64,000 bases of DNA, taken from assembly GCA_050273025.1 (NCBI GenBank), contig CP158636.1, positions 12,090,001 through 12,154,000 of the forward strand. The letters are read 5' to 3'. The stretch's first letter is position 1; each line of letters starts with the position of its first letter. Positions 11,321 to 23,300 of the stretch are shown piece by piece. The notes below the pieces were generated by a model that saw only the letters and a list, made by a program, of their open reading frames with translations, was not told the DNA's origin and made no database searches. Position numbers and translations under genes: made by a program. Source of the stretch: Cenococcum geophilum (Eukaryota).

Positions 11321-14281
11321 CTTTAGCTGCGGCCTATTTATACTTATATTGCCACTAATATTAGTAAATAGACGTCTCTATGTCCTTTTTAAGGTTATAC
11401 TGCTAGCTAATATAGTACTAGAGAGGAGAATTGGCTAAAGAGACTGGCTTAGAGTTGTATTAACACTAGCTATATAAGTAGAGGTAGTACTTCTTACTTA
11501 AGTAGAGCGGTAGAAAGTGCTAGATTTACCTTTAGTTAATTCTACCGGCTAAAAGGGAGCTAACTCTATAGTAGCTAATACATTAGCCCATAAGTCTACG
11601 TATTAGAATAAGCTTCTTAACCGTATTAGCAAGCTACTAGGTAAAGTATACGGTTATTAAGTACTAATATATAATTAATCGGACGAACTATTTAAAAGCC
11701 GCTATAAGCGACGAGCTTGGGTTAATAGATAAGCTACTAAACCACTATACTAACCTTGTAGATATCTGTCCACACCCGCTATATAGGCTAATTCCCTTCT
11801 AGTATCCTACTGCTAAGTTGCTATAAAGGGTACTATAATACAGTAGTTTACCGTTGCCATTAATACTAGATTGCTGTAGATTGCTACCGATAATAAACTA
11901 TTGCTAGTAGGATTATTAATAAGGCTACGTTAATTTGTAATAACCGCACGTGGAGATTACTATAGAGATTAAATACTACGCTATAAACTAGCGCCACCTA
12001 TATTTGAGCTAATAATACTATTGGACTTCTACTATAGAGCTTAAAGGCTACATTACAGACTAATACCTAGGTTGTTTTGAGATATAAACTAAGGTAGTAG
12101 AGAATTATAAGAAGCTATATTAAGAAGCTATTAAGAATAATAGAGGCGCTGTAGGGAGTTATTAGGATGCCGAAGGCTAAGTTAAGGGTACTACGGATAT
12201 ATACTAGACGATTTTTAAGCGGGTAGCCGTGTATCTAAAGTATATGGATATTAAACATCCAGTTATTAAGATGACTATAATAGAGTAGTATATATAGTCT
12301 GGGACTAGTTCGCCTATAAGTCTTAGGTTAATATAAGCTAAGATATTTAAAATTTAGTTATATCCGTTTATGAGCTAGATGCTAATAATAGCTATAAGGG
12401 TAGTAATACTTTGGTTTATAACAGTTAATTAGAGCTAGTACTCCTTATAGCTAATATACTAACAGGTCCCTATTAACCCGCTAATAGTAGAGGCGTCTAT
12501 AATAAGCTTCTAGATATAACAATACGTCTACTAGATTGCGACGCAACCTATAAAACACTAGTACTAGAGTATTACGTTTCTTCCTTACAAATAAAGCGGA
12601 TAAGCGCGTCTACTTTATCTCCTAAAAAGCTGTAATTCTATTTAGGTTATATCTGCTTAAGGCCCTTATAAGTTAGCGGAGGTTAGATATAGAGCATGCG
12701 GATTTAATTATCGGATATAATATAACTGGAAATTAGACTCTAAACTGCATACTAGTATATTATATTAAGCTATCCTTTAATCTACTTCTTAACACTTATA
12801 AATAGATCCTTTAAGTACTTGCTCTTTATAATATTCTTAGTATATAGTATAATAATATTATACTCCTTATAAGCCTATAACGAATTATCGTAATTAAAAT
12901 AACAGCGTGGACCTCTAAATAACGGACTTGTTTCCTTATACAGCTTAAGTAGAATATTGCGTAGGCATCTAGTAGCTTTATTTACAAGCTTGTATAATAT
13001 ATCTAGAAGTACCGCCTATTTCTCTATATTAGTCTTTACCCTCTTCTATTTTTTTATATACTTAATTAGTAGGGCTAATAATATTATATTCTTATTAAGT
13101 ATTTAATTCTCCTCCTCCTAAGCAGATACCTATAAGATAATATTACTATTAATTATAATAAATAAAGCTAGATCGCTAGCGAAATCCGCTACCTTATCCT
13201 TTTATATCGCTATTTTAGTAGTAATAAAGTTACGGCCAAGTCGGGTAGATAAAGGGGCTATAAGTTTTTAAGACTTTTGCTTTAGCGGTATAATATCTAT
13301 AAGAGCGCCCTTATACTAGTCTTTAATAAGGATAATTATATATTTAGTAATACTATTACGTTAAGCGGCCTGTCCAAATCGCTGTAGTATTATATTTAGG
13401 CTTTTATTAGAATAATAACTATATATAATAGAACGGATAATATCTAGAATATCCGTACTATAGGCTAGGGCGTCCAATGTAATAAGAATATAGGTAGGTA
13501 AGTCTTCTATATAGAAATTTCGATATTCCCTACTCTTATTATATTCGGATAATGTTATATAATAACTCCGCACTGCTATTTTAGCCTACTTAATAGTATA
13601 GCCCTTAGTTATAAGCTATAAATAAATAGTATTTATACACCCACGGATATAATTTTTAGTATAAAGAAAGATAATTATCTTAGAAATTAATTTGGGACTT
13701 AGAACCTTTCGTCCCTTTAGCTATATAGTACCTCCTACTAGATTTTAGATCCGCCCGACTAATTAATAAATAGAGGTAGTGGATATTTAACTAGAAGATA
13801 CGGATATCCTACTAGGCGCTGCGGGCGTTTAGCTAAATAATGCGGATATTTTACTGGACCCTGCGGATATTTAGCTAAGGGTTATAGATATATAATCCTC
13901 CTCTACTACCGCCTTCTTAAATGCCTCTTTAATAATAAAGAATAGTGCCTTATAATTGTTCTTATCCCTCCTTTTAATATAGCCCCTAATAATGGATAAG
14001 TTAGGCCAATTAATATCCGTTTATTTAAGATCTGTTATACTCTAATAAAACCCTACTAGCTTTATTACCTTTACATATATCTCCTTATTAAGTATTATAG
14101 TATATATAAACTATAGTATTATTAGACTAAGTAGTAATTAGACCTTAAAGAGCTATACATAATAGGGCCGGAAGCTCTTACCCTAGTTAGCAACTAAATA
14201 GTACTTATTAATTATAACTAAGGAAATATGTAAGCGAAAAGCGGGCTAAGTAAGGATATAGTAGAACCGTTTACTTAATAG

Positions 14282-14526
14282 TGTGGGAGGGTACGACCTC
14301 TCTAAGATGGGAAAGTCACAGTGCTGTCTGTCTGTCTGGTGTCGGTCGGTCGGTCGGTCGTAATCAGTCAGTAGAACAGTCAGTAAGAAAGAAAGAAAAG
14401 AGTGTATTTCCGGTAACTGGTAGAGTCGTGATATATATGATAGAGGGAAGAAGGAAGGAAGCCGAAGGCTGTATAAATATAGGAAAATGCCAAGATAGTA
14501 GGCGACGTCCAATCTACACCACCACA
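14282..14526. mobile_element. Solo LTR (245 bp) inserted in the helicase gene, 4-bp TSD ATAG
   Basis: TGTGG...CCACA ends, with ATAG at 14278-14281 and 14527-14530. Removing it restores helicase VSLELLLSKRF in frame. Confidence 0.85.
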
Positions 14527-15687
14527 ATAGTAACTCTAGCGATACTAGAATATACGTAAACCGACCTACTTTAATATGTTTTAGGATATCCGCATACACT
14601 TTTATTACCTCCGTATATATAAATACGAGATTTACTCCTAGGATAGCCTATATCTTTAATAGCTGCTCCTCTCTAATTACGTTTAAAGGTAATATAATAA
14701 TAGCAACAGAAGCTTAAATTAGTAATAGAATTGCCTGTATTATTATACTCTTACCCTATAATGTCTTTACTGCTAGGAATAAGTCCCTCCGCCCATATAT
14801 TACCCGTCTTAATACCTTAATTTAACTAGGTTATCCGCTATATGGATATAAAAGCTTAATAGCTCTATCTATTAAGCTTAACTATTTATCTTTACTTGCC
14901 TCTTATAAGGCTAGAAGCTTATCTTATACATCCTATAACTACCTCTCTGCTAAGGATATAAGATTCTCCTATATATAATTATCCAGCTCCTATAAGCTCT
15001 GTAAGACTTATTAGCGTTCCCATTTAACTATAGTCTTCCGACCCTAATAACTAGTGTTTTTCTTCTAAGCTATAGTGGGTTTTCTATGCGGATATAGCGT
15101 TTAGTAGTAGTGGAGGCACTCTAGGCTAAGGAAGGATATTTTTAAGGAAGGACCTAATTATAGTATTTACTAGGTGTTGTAATAACTTTAAGTAGTAGAT
15201 ATCTATAGATCTGTATAGTTTTATCTATATTAGTAGATTATTTAATAAGATATAATATATGCTTATAATTTTAACAACGCGTTTTTTAACTTTAACGAAA
15301 TTAATATTAGGACTAAGCAATAGCCGTATAATAAAATTTATACTATTTAGAAGCCCTAAGTCTTAAAAAAATGTGACTTTATGTGGTAATAATAACGCGT
15401 TATATAAATGAATGAATTAGATATCCGTAATGTCCGCTTAGTAAATTTTAGTTATAATTTTAACAAAACGCGCCAAACGCTCTCAGACGTGATTTTGCAA
15501 TTTGGAAGACGGCGTAGGTTATTCCAATACTAGCTAAAAAATTGCGTCTGAGCTCGCTGAGGTAAGCGAGGACGAAGTCCGTATATAATCTATATAGACA
15601 TTAACCGCATCTACTATATCACGAATTAATTAATATTTATTGTCTGCGTCATCTCTATTATTAATAAGACCCTTAAGATAGCTCTGC

Positions 15688-15988
15688 TGTGACCCTATAG
15701 CTTTGTAATTCCAACACTATAGAACACCTAAATTAGACTAAGGTAATACCTATAACCTAGTATAAAGAGAGGTAGGCGGTACGAAGTATACTATATATAA
15801 CGGCTCGAACTATTAAATAAATGTCTTAATAGAGACTTAAATAAATGCTTGCAAGATTAAGCGAACAAATGTTGTATTATAAAGATATTAAGCTAAGGAG
15901 TAAGAGAAGGTGGTGAGGCCACGTCTATATATATATACTAAGTCTTAAGCGAACCCCTAACTAGGTGACGCGCTCCAGCGCCGTCACA
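15688..15988. mobile_element. Solo LTR (301 bp), no clean TSD
   Basis: TGTGAC...GTCACA inverted termini and a TATA-rich core. The flanks (TCTGC / CTATA) do not match exactly. Confidence 0.7.
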
Positions 15989-17370
15989 CTATAGGTTTAA
16001 AAAGACATTAAGGCCAAATAGGTGCTAGTATAATTAGCAGACCTTACCGTAGTAGTGCTACACCTTCCTAACTAATTAGTACTGGTGGTGTTAGTATATA
16101 TTAAGGGAAAGAATACAGAGGTACTATAGGATATAACTGGTAAACTATACTAACTAATTTAGGAAATATAGAATAAGATAGGTATATAAACCGATATAAT
16201 ACTCGCAGAACACTTTAACTAGTACGACTAGCTATAGGGAGGAAATAATATCTCGCTAGTAAGATAGGGAGAAGCTGACCTAATTATTAACTTTATAGAA
16301 AATTACTCCCTACGTAGCCTGCTACTTAGGGGTATAGAAATATAGCAAAATAGCAACTATAAGATAATAATTAACCTAATCCTAGTATTAGATAAGCTAG
16401 TATCTATAATAGTAAAGTATATAGTATATAGGACAGAACACGGATCTAACTATAGGGTAATTAAGATAATATTTAATATTGCGGTCCCTAAACGCGCTAT
16501 AGAATAAAGAATGCTCTTTAAGAATGTACTATAAAATAAAATTAGGAATAGGATTACTACCGCCCTCTAGGTTATCCTAGTAGGTAATAAAGTATAGTAG
16601 TAAACAGACCGGCTTATAGATGTAGTGCTAGAGGTAGTCTACGCATTAACTCTAAAAGCTAGACCTTTACTATATATAAAAAGGTGGTAGATAATAGACT
16701 TTATAAAGCTCCGCTAGGTATATACTTACTAAAGAAACTAGGTAAAGAACTAACGCTAAGTGGGCTAGATATTACTAAAACTAAAGTAATAAGTAAAGAA
16801 AGCTTTAAAGGAATACTATAATATAATACAGAAACGAAAAAGGATATACTAGAATAACTTCCTAGCTAATAACGTAAATATTTAGTAAGTAGTAAAATAC
16901 CTTAACCTAAGCGGTAACTTAGCGTTTAATAAGATACTACTGTTAGTAAGGATAAATAGATCTATTATAGAAGAAAAAAATAAGTAAGTAGCGGAGCTGT
17001 TAACCACGTTCTTTCCCCTACTGCTAATAGGAATAGAGGATAAGGGCCTATAGCCTTAATAAACGCTAATACTAATACCGCGTCTTATAATGGAAGAGGT
17101 AGAATAGAAAATATTTATAGTAAAGCTATAGAAAGCGCTAGGGGATAACGGACTATTAGTAATAGTATAGAGGTAGATATAGCTAGTAATAAAAAATAGG
17201 GCCCTATTTCTCTTTTAGACCTTTTTAAATAAGGGCAACCTTCTTAACTAATAGAGAAATGCTAAGATTATACTGCTTAAGAAGCCAAATAAAGAAGATT
17301 AGATAAAGGTAAGGGTATAAAGGCCTATCTCGCTGCTTTTTATATTAGGTAAGATACTAAAGTCTATAGT
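15989..17370 (+). mobile_element. Tad1-like LINE ORF2, piece 1 (endonuclease to start of RT)
   Basis: Reads ADLTVVVLHLPN*LVLVVLVY; GNFN*YD*L*GG (GDFNRHD); TINLILV; HGSNY (GSDH); KALGDNGL (KAPGDDGL); KIILLKKPNK; RPISLLFILGKILKS. Confidence 0.9.
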
Positions 17371-20300
17371 TGTTGGTCTCACAAGGGGATATTACATAGC
17401 TACGGTTCGTAGATAGTATAATGATTATTCTTCTATTTAAAGAAAGGGAGAGCGAGGAGCTTAAGGCTCCTCGCTACACTAGTGCCGCGGCAACACGTAA
17501 CGGTAACTTGCCACACGTGACGGCAATATACCTTATATGGTAACCACTTGCCTTTATTCCTAACACTAGCAACTCTTCTTTTATGGTTGCCATCTATATA
17601 TATATACTGCTTAACTAGCGGAACAAAAATTAATCCTCCTTACTTACTATTACCATTATAATATAAGTCTCGCTATCTCAAAATTTGCCTCTTAATACGT
17701 GGTGCTTTCTTACTTATAAGTTATGGGTAGGTATCTTATTAGTAGGGCCGCTAAGGCGCTAGCAGTAAGCAAGCTAATAGCGATTTTCTATCCCGGGGAT
17801 AAAAAATCCTAATTAGCTGGGTTAAGTTAGGGTCTATAGAATGTTATACTCCCCCTTCTAAAAAAAAGTCTTAGCAAGAGAATCTAACCAATTAGATAAC
17901 TTTAACCGCCAGTTAAGGTTCCTGGATATTTTAAAACCTTACGTAACTAAGAAATTTCTAGGGACTCCCTTTTAACCTAACCTTTAACTTATATACGTAG
18001 AGTATTTATATTAATAAACGTCTCTAGTACCTTGTTTGGGTTCGCCTTTATTATTATATCTACTAGGTTATCTTAGCCATTAATCCATTAAATCTTAAAG
18101 AGTTCTTAACGCTTATAGGATTGCTAAAGTGCCATAATATTAATTATAAGGCGCTTCTTCTTTATAGTACTAAGCTTAACTAAACACTTATAAAGGGAAT
18201 ATAAGTTAGTATATATAATTATAGGGATAATAGGAAGTTCAAGTCGATCTATAATTATCTTTAGGGTAGTTCCAATTGTAATTGCCATATTAACTCCGCT
18301 AACTATTCTATATATCTCTAATGCTAAAACACTTTAGATAACGCGCTTACTCTTAGTTAAGCTTTAATAGATAAAATTACCGTAAATCGTAAAGTTATTC
18401 TCTCTAGTAGATTTATTTGCGATAATAATCTTATATCCTAGCTAGGAGCTAAAATCTTTATTATTTATAAATAATCTATTAATAAATATAAAGAGCTTAG
18501 CGGTAGGAAGGTTAATAGGTATATAGAGTAGTCTCTAATTAAGATGGTTTATTTGCTAGAAAAGACGCTTATTTAGGGCAAGGATATTATCCTTAGTTAG
18601 TTTCTAGTGTTAAGCCGTAATAGAGAGATTAAATAAAGCCTTAGGTTAACATATAGAAGTAATATAAGCTCTATAAATATATTACTCCATATATCCTTAC
18701 TTTAGAGAATTAATATTAATAATGTCGATTTTCTTACCTTAACCCTTCTGGCGTAAAGCAATAGAATCCTTATTTAGGGAGAGGATATATCTATTAAAGA
18801 GTAATAGTGTTATTAAATTAAGCTTTTCCTTTAGCTTTATTATAAGATTTACCTTTACTAGCTTATCCTCTTTAAAAGCTAAGAATTAGTCGTCTCCTAA
18901 GATAATTATATTATTAGTTTATATACCAATAATTCTAAATAGGGTTCCTATAGTTATAATAAGGAAGCAGGGATTAAATATAGAAGTAGTTATTAAAAGC
19001 TTCTCTTTATAGTGCTTACTATAGGTAGCCTACTAGTAAGTTCCTACCTCTACGATTCTATATAATGGCTTAAGCATAACTATAATCGTATCTTTAGGAT
19101 ACTAGTGGCGAATTTGCTCTAGAAGGTATGCTAATATTAAGCGCTAAAAGTGCGTCTCTAATTGGGTATAGGCTTAAGTAATATTTTATAAATAAACCGC
19201 CATTCTATTCTTTATTAAGGAGGGAGCTAGCGTAACAATAACTCGCTAACTAGCTCGTTAAATTATAGGAGATTACGTAAGAATTACTTCCTTACTATTA
19301 TCGTTGTAACCTTAGATAATAAGTCTTAATTTCTTAAATAGGGCGTTAGTAGCTTTGCCCTTAATCTTATTAACTATTCTTAACTTAAAGATGCGAACTC
19401 TATTAAACTTAGTAAGGTCATACTTCTTAAATTTAAAAACCCCTTTTATAATAAGACCATTAATCTCCTACTTATTAGATGCTTAGAAAGGAGCTCCTAA
19501 AGTTATAATATAACCTTTCTTTTAGAGCTATTTTACGAGTTTAAAGTTAGCCTTCTCCTTAGCTATTATAAAGGCCATTAATAGCTTAACTCCATTCTTA
19601 ATAGCGGCAATAAATTACTCTTTAAAATTAATAAGATATTAGTAATTTTATAATCCCTTTAGGCGACCTCTACCGCGTTATAGTTGCGGCGTATCTACTA
19701 TAATTATATTAGGATTATAGTTGCCTTCTAGAGTATATTAATTATAGTTCTCTTTTAGGGCGTTTTCTATAGCATCCTATAAAGGCTTAGAACTATTATC
19801 TTTATAGTAAGGCTTAATAACAGTTAAACGGAATTAAGTGGGTCTGTAAGGCATCTAAATAGTATAAGTTTAACCATTAATTATAATAAGTTAATGTAGG
19901 CCTAACTACCCTCCCTTTTTACGCTATATGCGTACCTTAGACTAAAGTGGCAGATTAAGCGTAGTTAAGATATTTAGGCTATTTCTTATTCCTAGTATAT
20001 CGTTGACCTAGCGTGTAGCGTAAAGATATCGCACCTCCTTTATTGCCTTGCGAATAGCTTTAGCTTGTTATATAACGGAGGGAGATAGTAAAGAACCGTT
20101 AGTTATTTAAGGGTAGGCGCTAAAGACTAGTAATATAGGTATAAGTCTATCTAGGCCAGCGGAATTATTAATAGCTTTAATAGCTATTTATAAGGTAAGT
20201 TCTTTACTAGCATCCTTTAGTTTTAAAGAGATAATCTTATATACGCGGCGTAATGGCGCATAATATCGTTCCACTTTTTTAATACTATTATATGCCTTAA

Positions 20301-23300
20301 CGGGGACTTTCTTAACCTTAATTGCTATTGCCTTTATCTATTATTAAAACTCTATAAATAAGAAGTTCTTTTCTACATTGTAGATAATTTAATTAGGGGG
20401 TTTTAGGTAGATATTAATCCAGTATAATTATAGGGTATCCTATACATTCCTAGCTAATATATCCTTTAAAAATTATGCGGCTTAAAAGGAGGTTAAAAAG
20501 TTAATAACTTAGAGTACTAGCTTATCGCTAAGATATATAACGTCGACAATAATATAAAAGTTAAAGTTATAGTTATTTTTAAGGGTAAACTTAAATCGGC
20601 TAGGGGACCTCTAGTTTATTTAGCAGTAGTAGTAGTATTTTATAAGATACTTAATTGCTTTAACCTTAACTTTATAGCCTACTCGCTAAAGAACCCTAAG
20701 TAATTAGTAAACTAATAGGTAACTAAAACAACGGTATAGTTATGTCACGGAGTGAGCACAAGCGGTAATAATATATAGCGAAGTAGGTATTATTAAGCTA
20801 TATATATGAACTGCGTAATAAAGTTAAGACGTTGCGTAAGGAAAGAAGGTAGGGAAACGGGAAGAAAGGGTATATATCGTTGACTTAGTTGCTTAGTTAA
20901 CACGTACATGGGCAGAATAGGGTTTAGGTCGTGGTCCTAGCAGAACTTAGCAGAATTTGGTGGAACTTGGCAGAATATAGCAGAATGCCATAGATTGCCA
21001 TTAGATTGCCATCAGATTACCGTTAGATTGCCATTTTACGGTTAGTCTCTAATTGCTAAGTCGGTGGAAACAGGTAGACGTATATAAGGTGTTACGGGGG
21101 TGTCCCATAATAGTACCCCCCCTTTAAACTCGAGCTTCTGCGAGATGGGGCTGTAGTAGTTCTAAGTGGAGTTCGTAAAAGTCTTCTGTGGCTTATATAA
21201 GTCCTACAGAGTTAACGGGTTCCCATGAGGACTTGGTAAAGCCTCTCTATTTTATAAGATACATATATTAGCGTTTCCGTTTGTCGTACTTAATATCGTT
21301 AATTCTTTTAATAAAGTACTCGTTCTCACTATCTACTTCGACTGGTGGGGGAGGGTTTTATATCTGTCTAGGTAGGGCGTCTAATACGGGGGTAGCAGGG
21401 CGGAGGACTGACGTATGGAATACGGGGTGGATTTTAACCGTATCAGGGAGCTTTAATCGGTAGGCATAAGGAGAGATAACCTTTTCAACCTTATAAGGGC
21501 CAGCGTTCTTCTAATTAAGTTTCTTAGTAGGTCGTTTCGTGTTTAGATTTCTTGTGTCTAGCCAGACGAAATTACTAATTTAGTAGGCCGGTGCTAGGGT
21601 TTGTTTCTTATTCGCTGCGGCTTCATAGACAGATTAAGCCCATGTTATCTCATTAGTAAGGAACTGTTGTAGTTCCTCCATCTTCTCTACGAATTTATTT
21701 ACTTCTGTGACTTATAAGGCGTGATGAGCGGGGTGAGGAATATTACTAAAGGGTTTAAAACCCATTTGTGGGTATTGGCCGTAATTGGCCAGGAATAGGG
21801 AAACTTTCGTGGTTTCCGAGATGGAGTTATTTGTAGTAAACTTAGCGAATACGAGCCAGTTAATCTAGTTATCCTATAAATATGACGTGTATATCTAAAT
21901 ATACTGTTCTATTATAGCATTTACGCATTCCATTTGGCCATCCGTTTTTAGGTAATACGTGGTAGATAATAGTGCTTTAATGCGGAGTTAAATAGTTAGT
22001 TCTTTCTAGAATGCCAAGATAAACTAGCTGCCTCTATCGGAGATAATTGTTTTAGGGAGTCCGTGGAGTTTTTATACGTGATCTAGGAATAGTCAGGTAA
22101 CGGCAGGCGTTAATATATTAGGGTAGGCGATCAAGTGTTTTATTTTAGATAGTCGGTCTACAACTACTATAATGTTTGTGCAGCCTCTACTCTTAGGAAG
22201 GTCAACAACAAAGTTAATTAAGATATCCCTCTATCTTCAGTCTGGAACAGGCAGCGGCTTTAAAAGACCGTTATACGTCTTATGCGAGGCTTTAGCTCGT
22301 TAGCAGGTGTGGCAGCTAGAGATATACCTTTATGTTATGTTGTGTATATTTGGCTAATAATACTCCCGTTGGAGTAGTTCTAGGGTCTTTCCTTGGCCCG
22401 GGTGGCCGGCGATAGGTAGATTATATACGTGTTTAAGGAGTTTAAGCTTAAGCTCATTGTAATTAGGGATAACTAGACGGTTTCGGTAATATAAGCGGTT
22501 TCCGCGGGCTTCGCATTTACTTAGAGAAATCTTTTTAGAGCGTCTAATGCTATTTTACATTAGCTTAAGCGTCTTTTAGATAAACTCGTTATTCGGGTAT
22601 TTATTGACTATAATCTGTTTAATTGATCGATTAGTTATTTTAAGGACGTGTACTATAAGATCTTTAGTAGGAGGGTTAAATAGTTTAGGGCGAAGTAGGG
22701 TCTGATTTTGGTAAGAGCGCGCTTCTTCTAAGGCTGGCGCGTCTTGCGAGCGTCGGGTTAGAGCATTAGGCTTCTGGCCTTAGACGCCTAGGCAGTACGT
22801 AATTGAGAATCGGAAATGAGACAGATATTCTAACTAGCGGGCCTAACGGTAACTTAGCTGTTTTGTGGTTGTAAAGTACTGTAGGTTCTTATGGTCGCTA
22901 AGGACCTTAATCGGAAATCTAGCGCCTTCTAGTTTAGGTCGCCATTGTTCGAAACATCTAATAATGGCTAATAATTCCTTATCGTAGATCTTGTAGTTAT
23001 ATTTAGCTGGGCTTAGTCATTTTAAGAAGTATGCTATAGGGTGTAATACTCCATCCTCGTTATATTAAGATAGGATGCCTCTAGTAACGTAGTTAGATGA
23101 GTTGGCTTCTATAATACTTATTTGGTTTAGGTTAAAGTGTTAGAGTACGGGCGCAGTAGTAAATATAACCTTTAGATAGGTAAAGGCCTTCTTACATTCC
23201 TTATTAAAGATAAAGACTTTATCCTTTTAGGTTAGAGCTATAAGGGGTGAAACTAGGGCAGAGAAGTTATTAATAAACCGTTGGTAGAAATTAGCAAATC

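Larger units (their letters stand above)
10290..15200 (-). pseudogene. RecQ-like SF2 DNA helicase pseudogene with a long low-complexity C-terminal tail
   Basis: Motif I DLFLAVKTL*GKS ~14748-14786; Ia IILPLN; YILVSLE (SPE) ~14534-14554; motif II VIINKYYLVAN*GKSFRP (de-RIP IDECHLVANWG.SFRP) ~14165-14220; motifs V/VI TLDALAYSTDILD...QRFGQAA (ORF 13361-13573); Zn-binding CLR...RCYFNYD ~12885-12970; HRDC-like segment ~12590-12720. Start and end coordinates are approximate. Confidence 0.85.
3222..15532. mobile_element. AcademH-like DNA transposon (transposase plus convergent RecQ-like helicase) with internal cargo genes; left terminus not visible
   Basis: A DUF6589-like ORF on + and an SF2/RecQ helicase ORF on - are arranged tail-to-tail and uniformly RIP-mutated, which indicates a repeated element. 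The right end is tentatively at ...CCAATACTA 15532. TIR and TSD cannot be verified because the Copia insertion pushes the left end out of the window. Confidence 0.65.

Noticed and set aside
10290..15200. Helicase as host SGS1/RecQ or a telomere-linked helicase
   Set aside because: It is fully RIP-mutated, linked to a transposase-like gene, and there is no TTAGGG array in the window (only isolated hexamers).
15286..15440. Short matches to 3066-3195 (TTAACTTTAAYGAAATTAAT; ATATCCG..GTCCGCT) as element TIRs
   Set aside because: They are in direct rather than inverted orientation, short and AT-rich, and the left copies fall inside the Copia LTR.
3222..15532. Starship or Helitron interpretation
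   Set aside because: I recognised no tyrosine-recombinase captain and no Rep/PIF1 motifs. The helicase is SF2/RecQ type.
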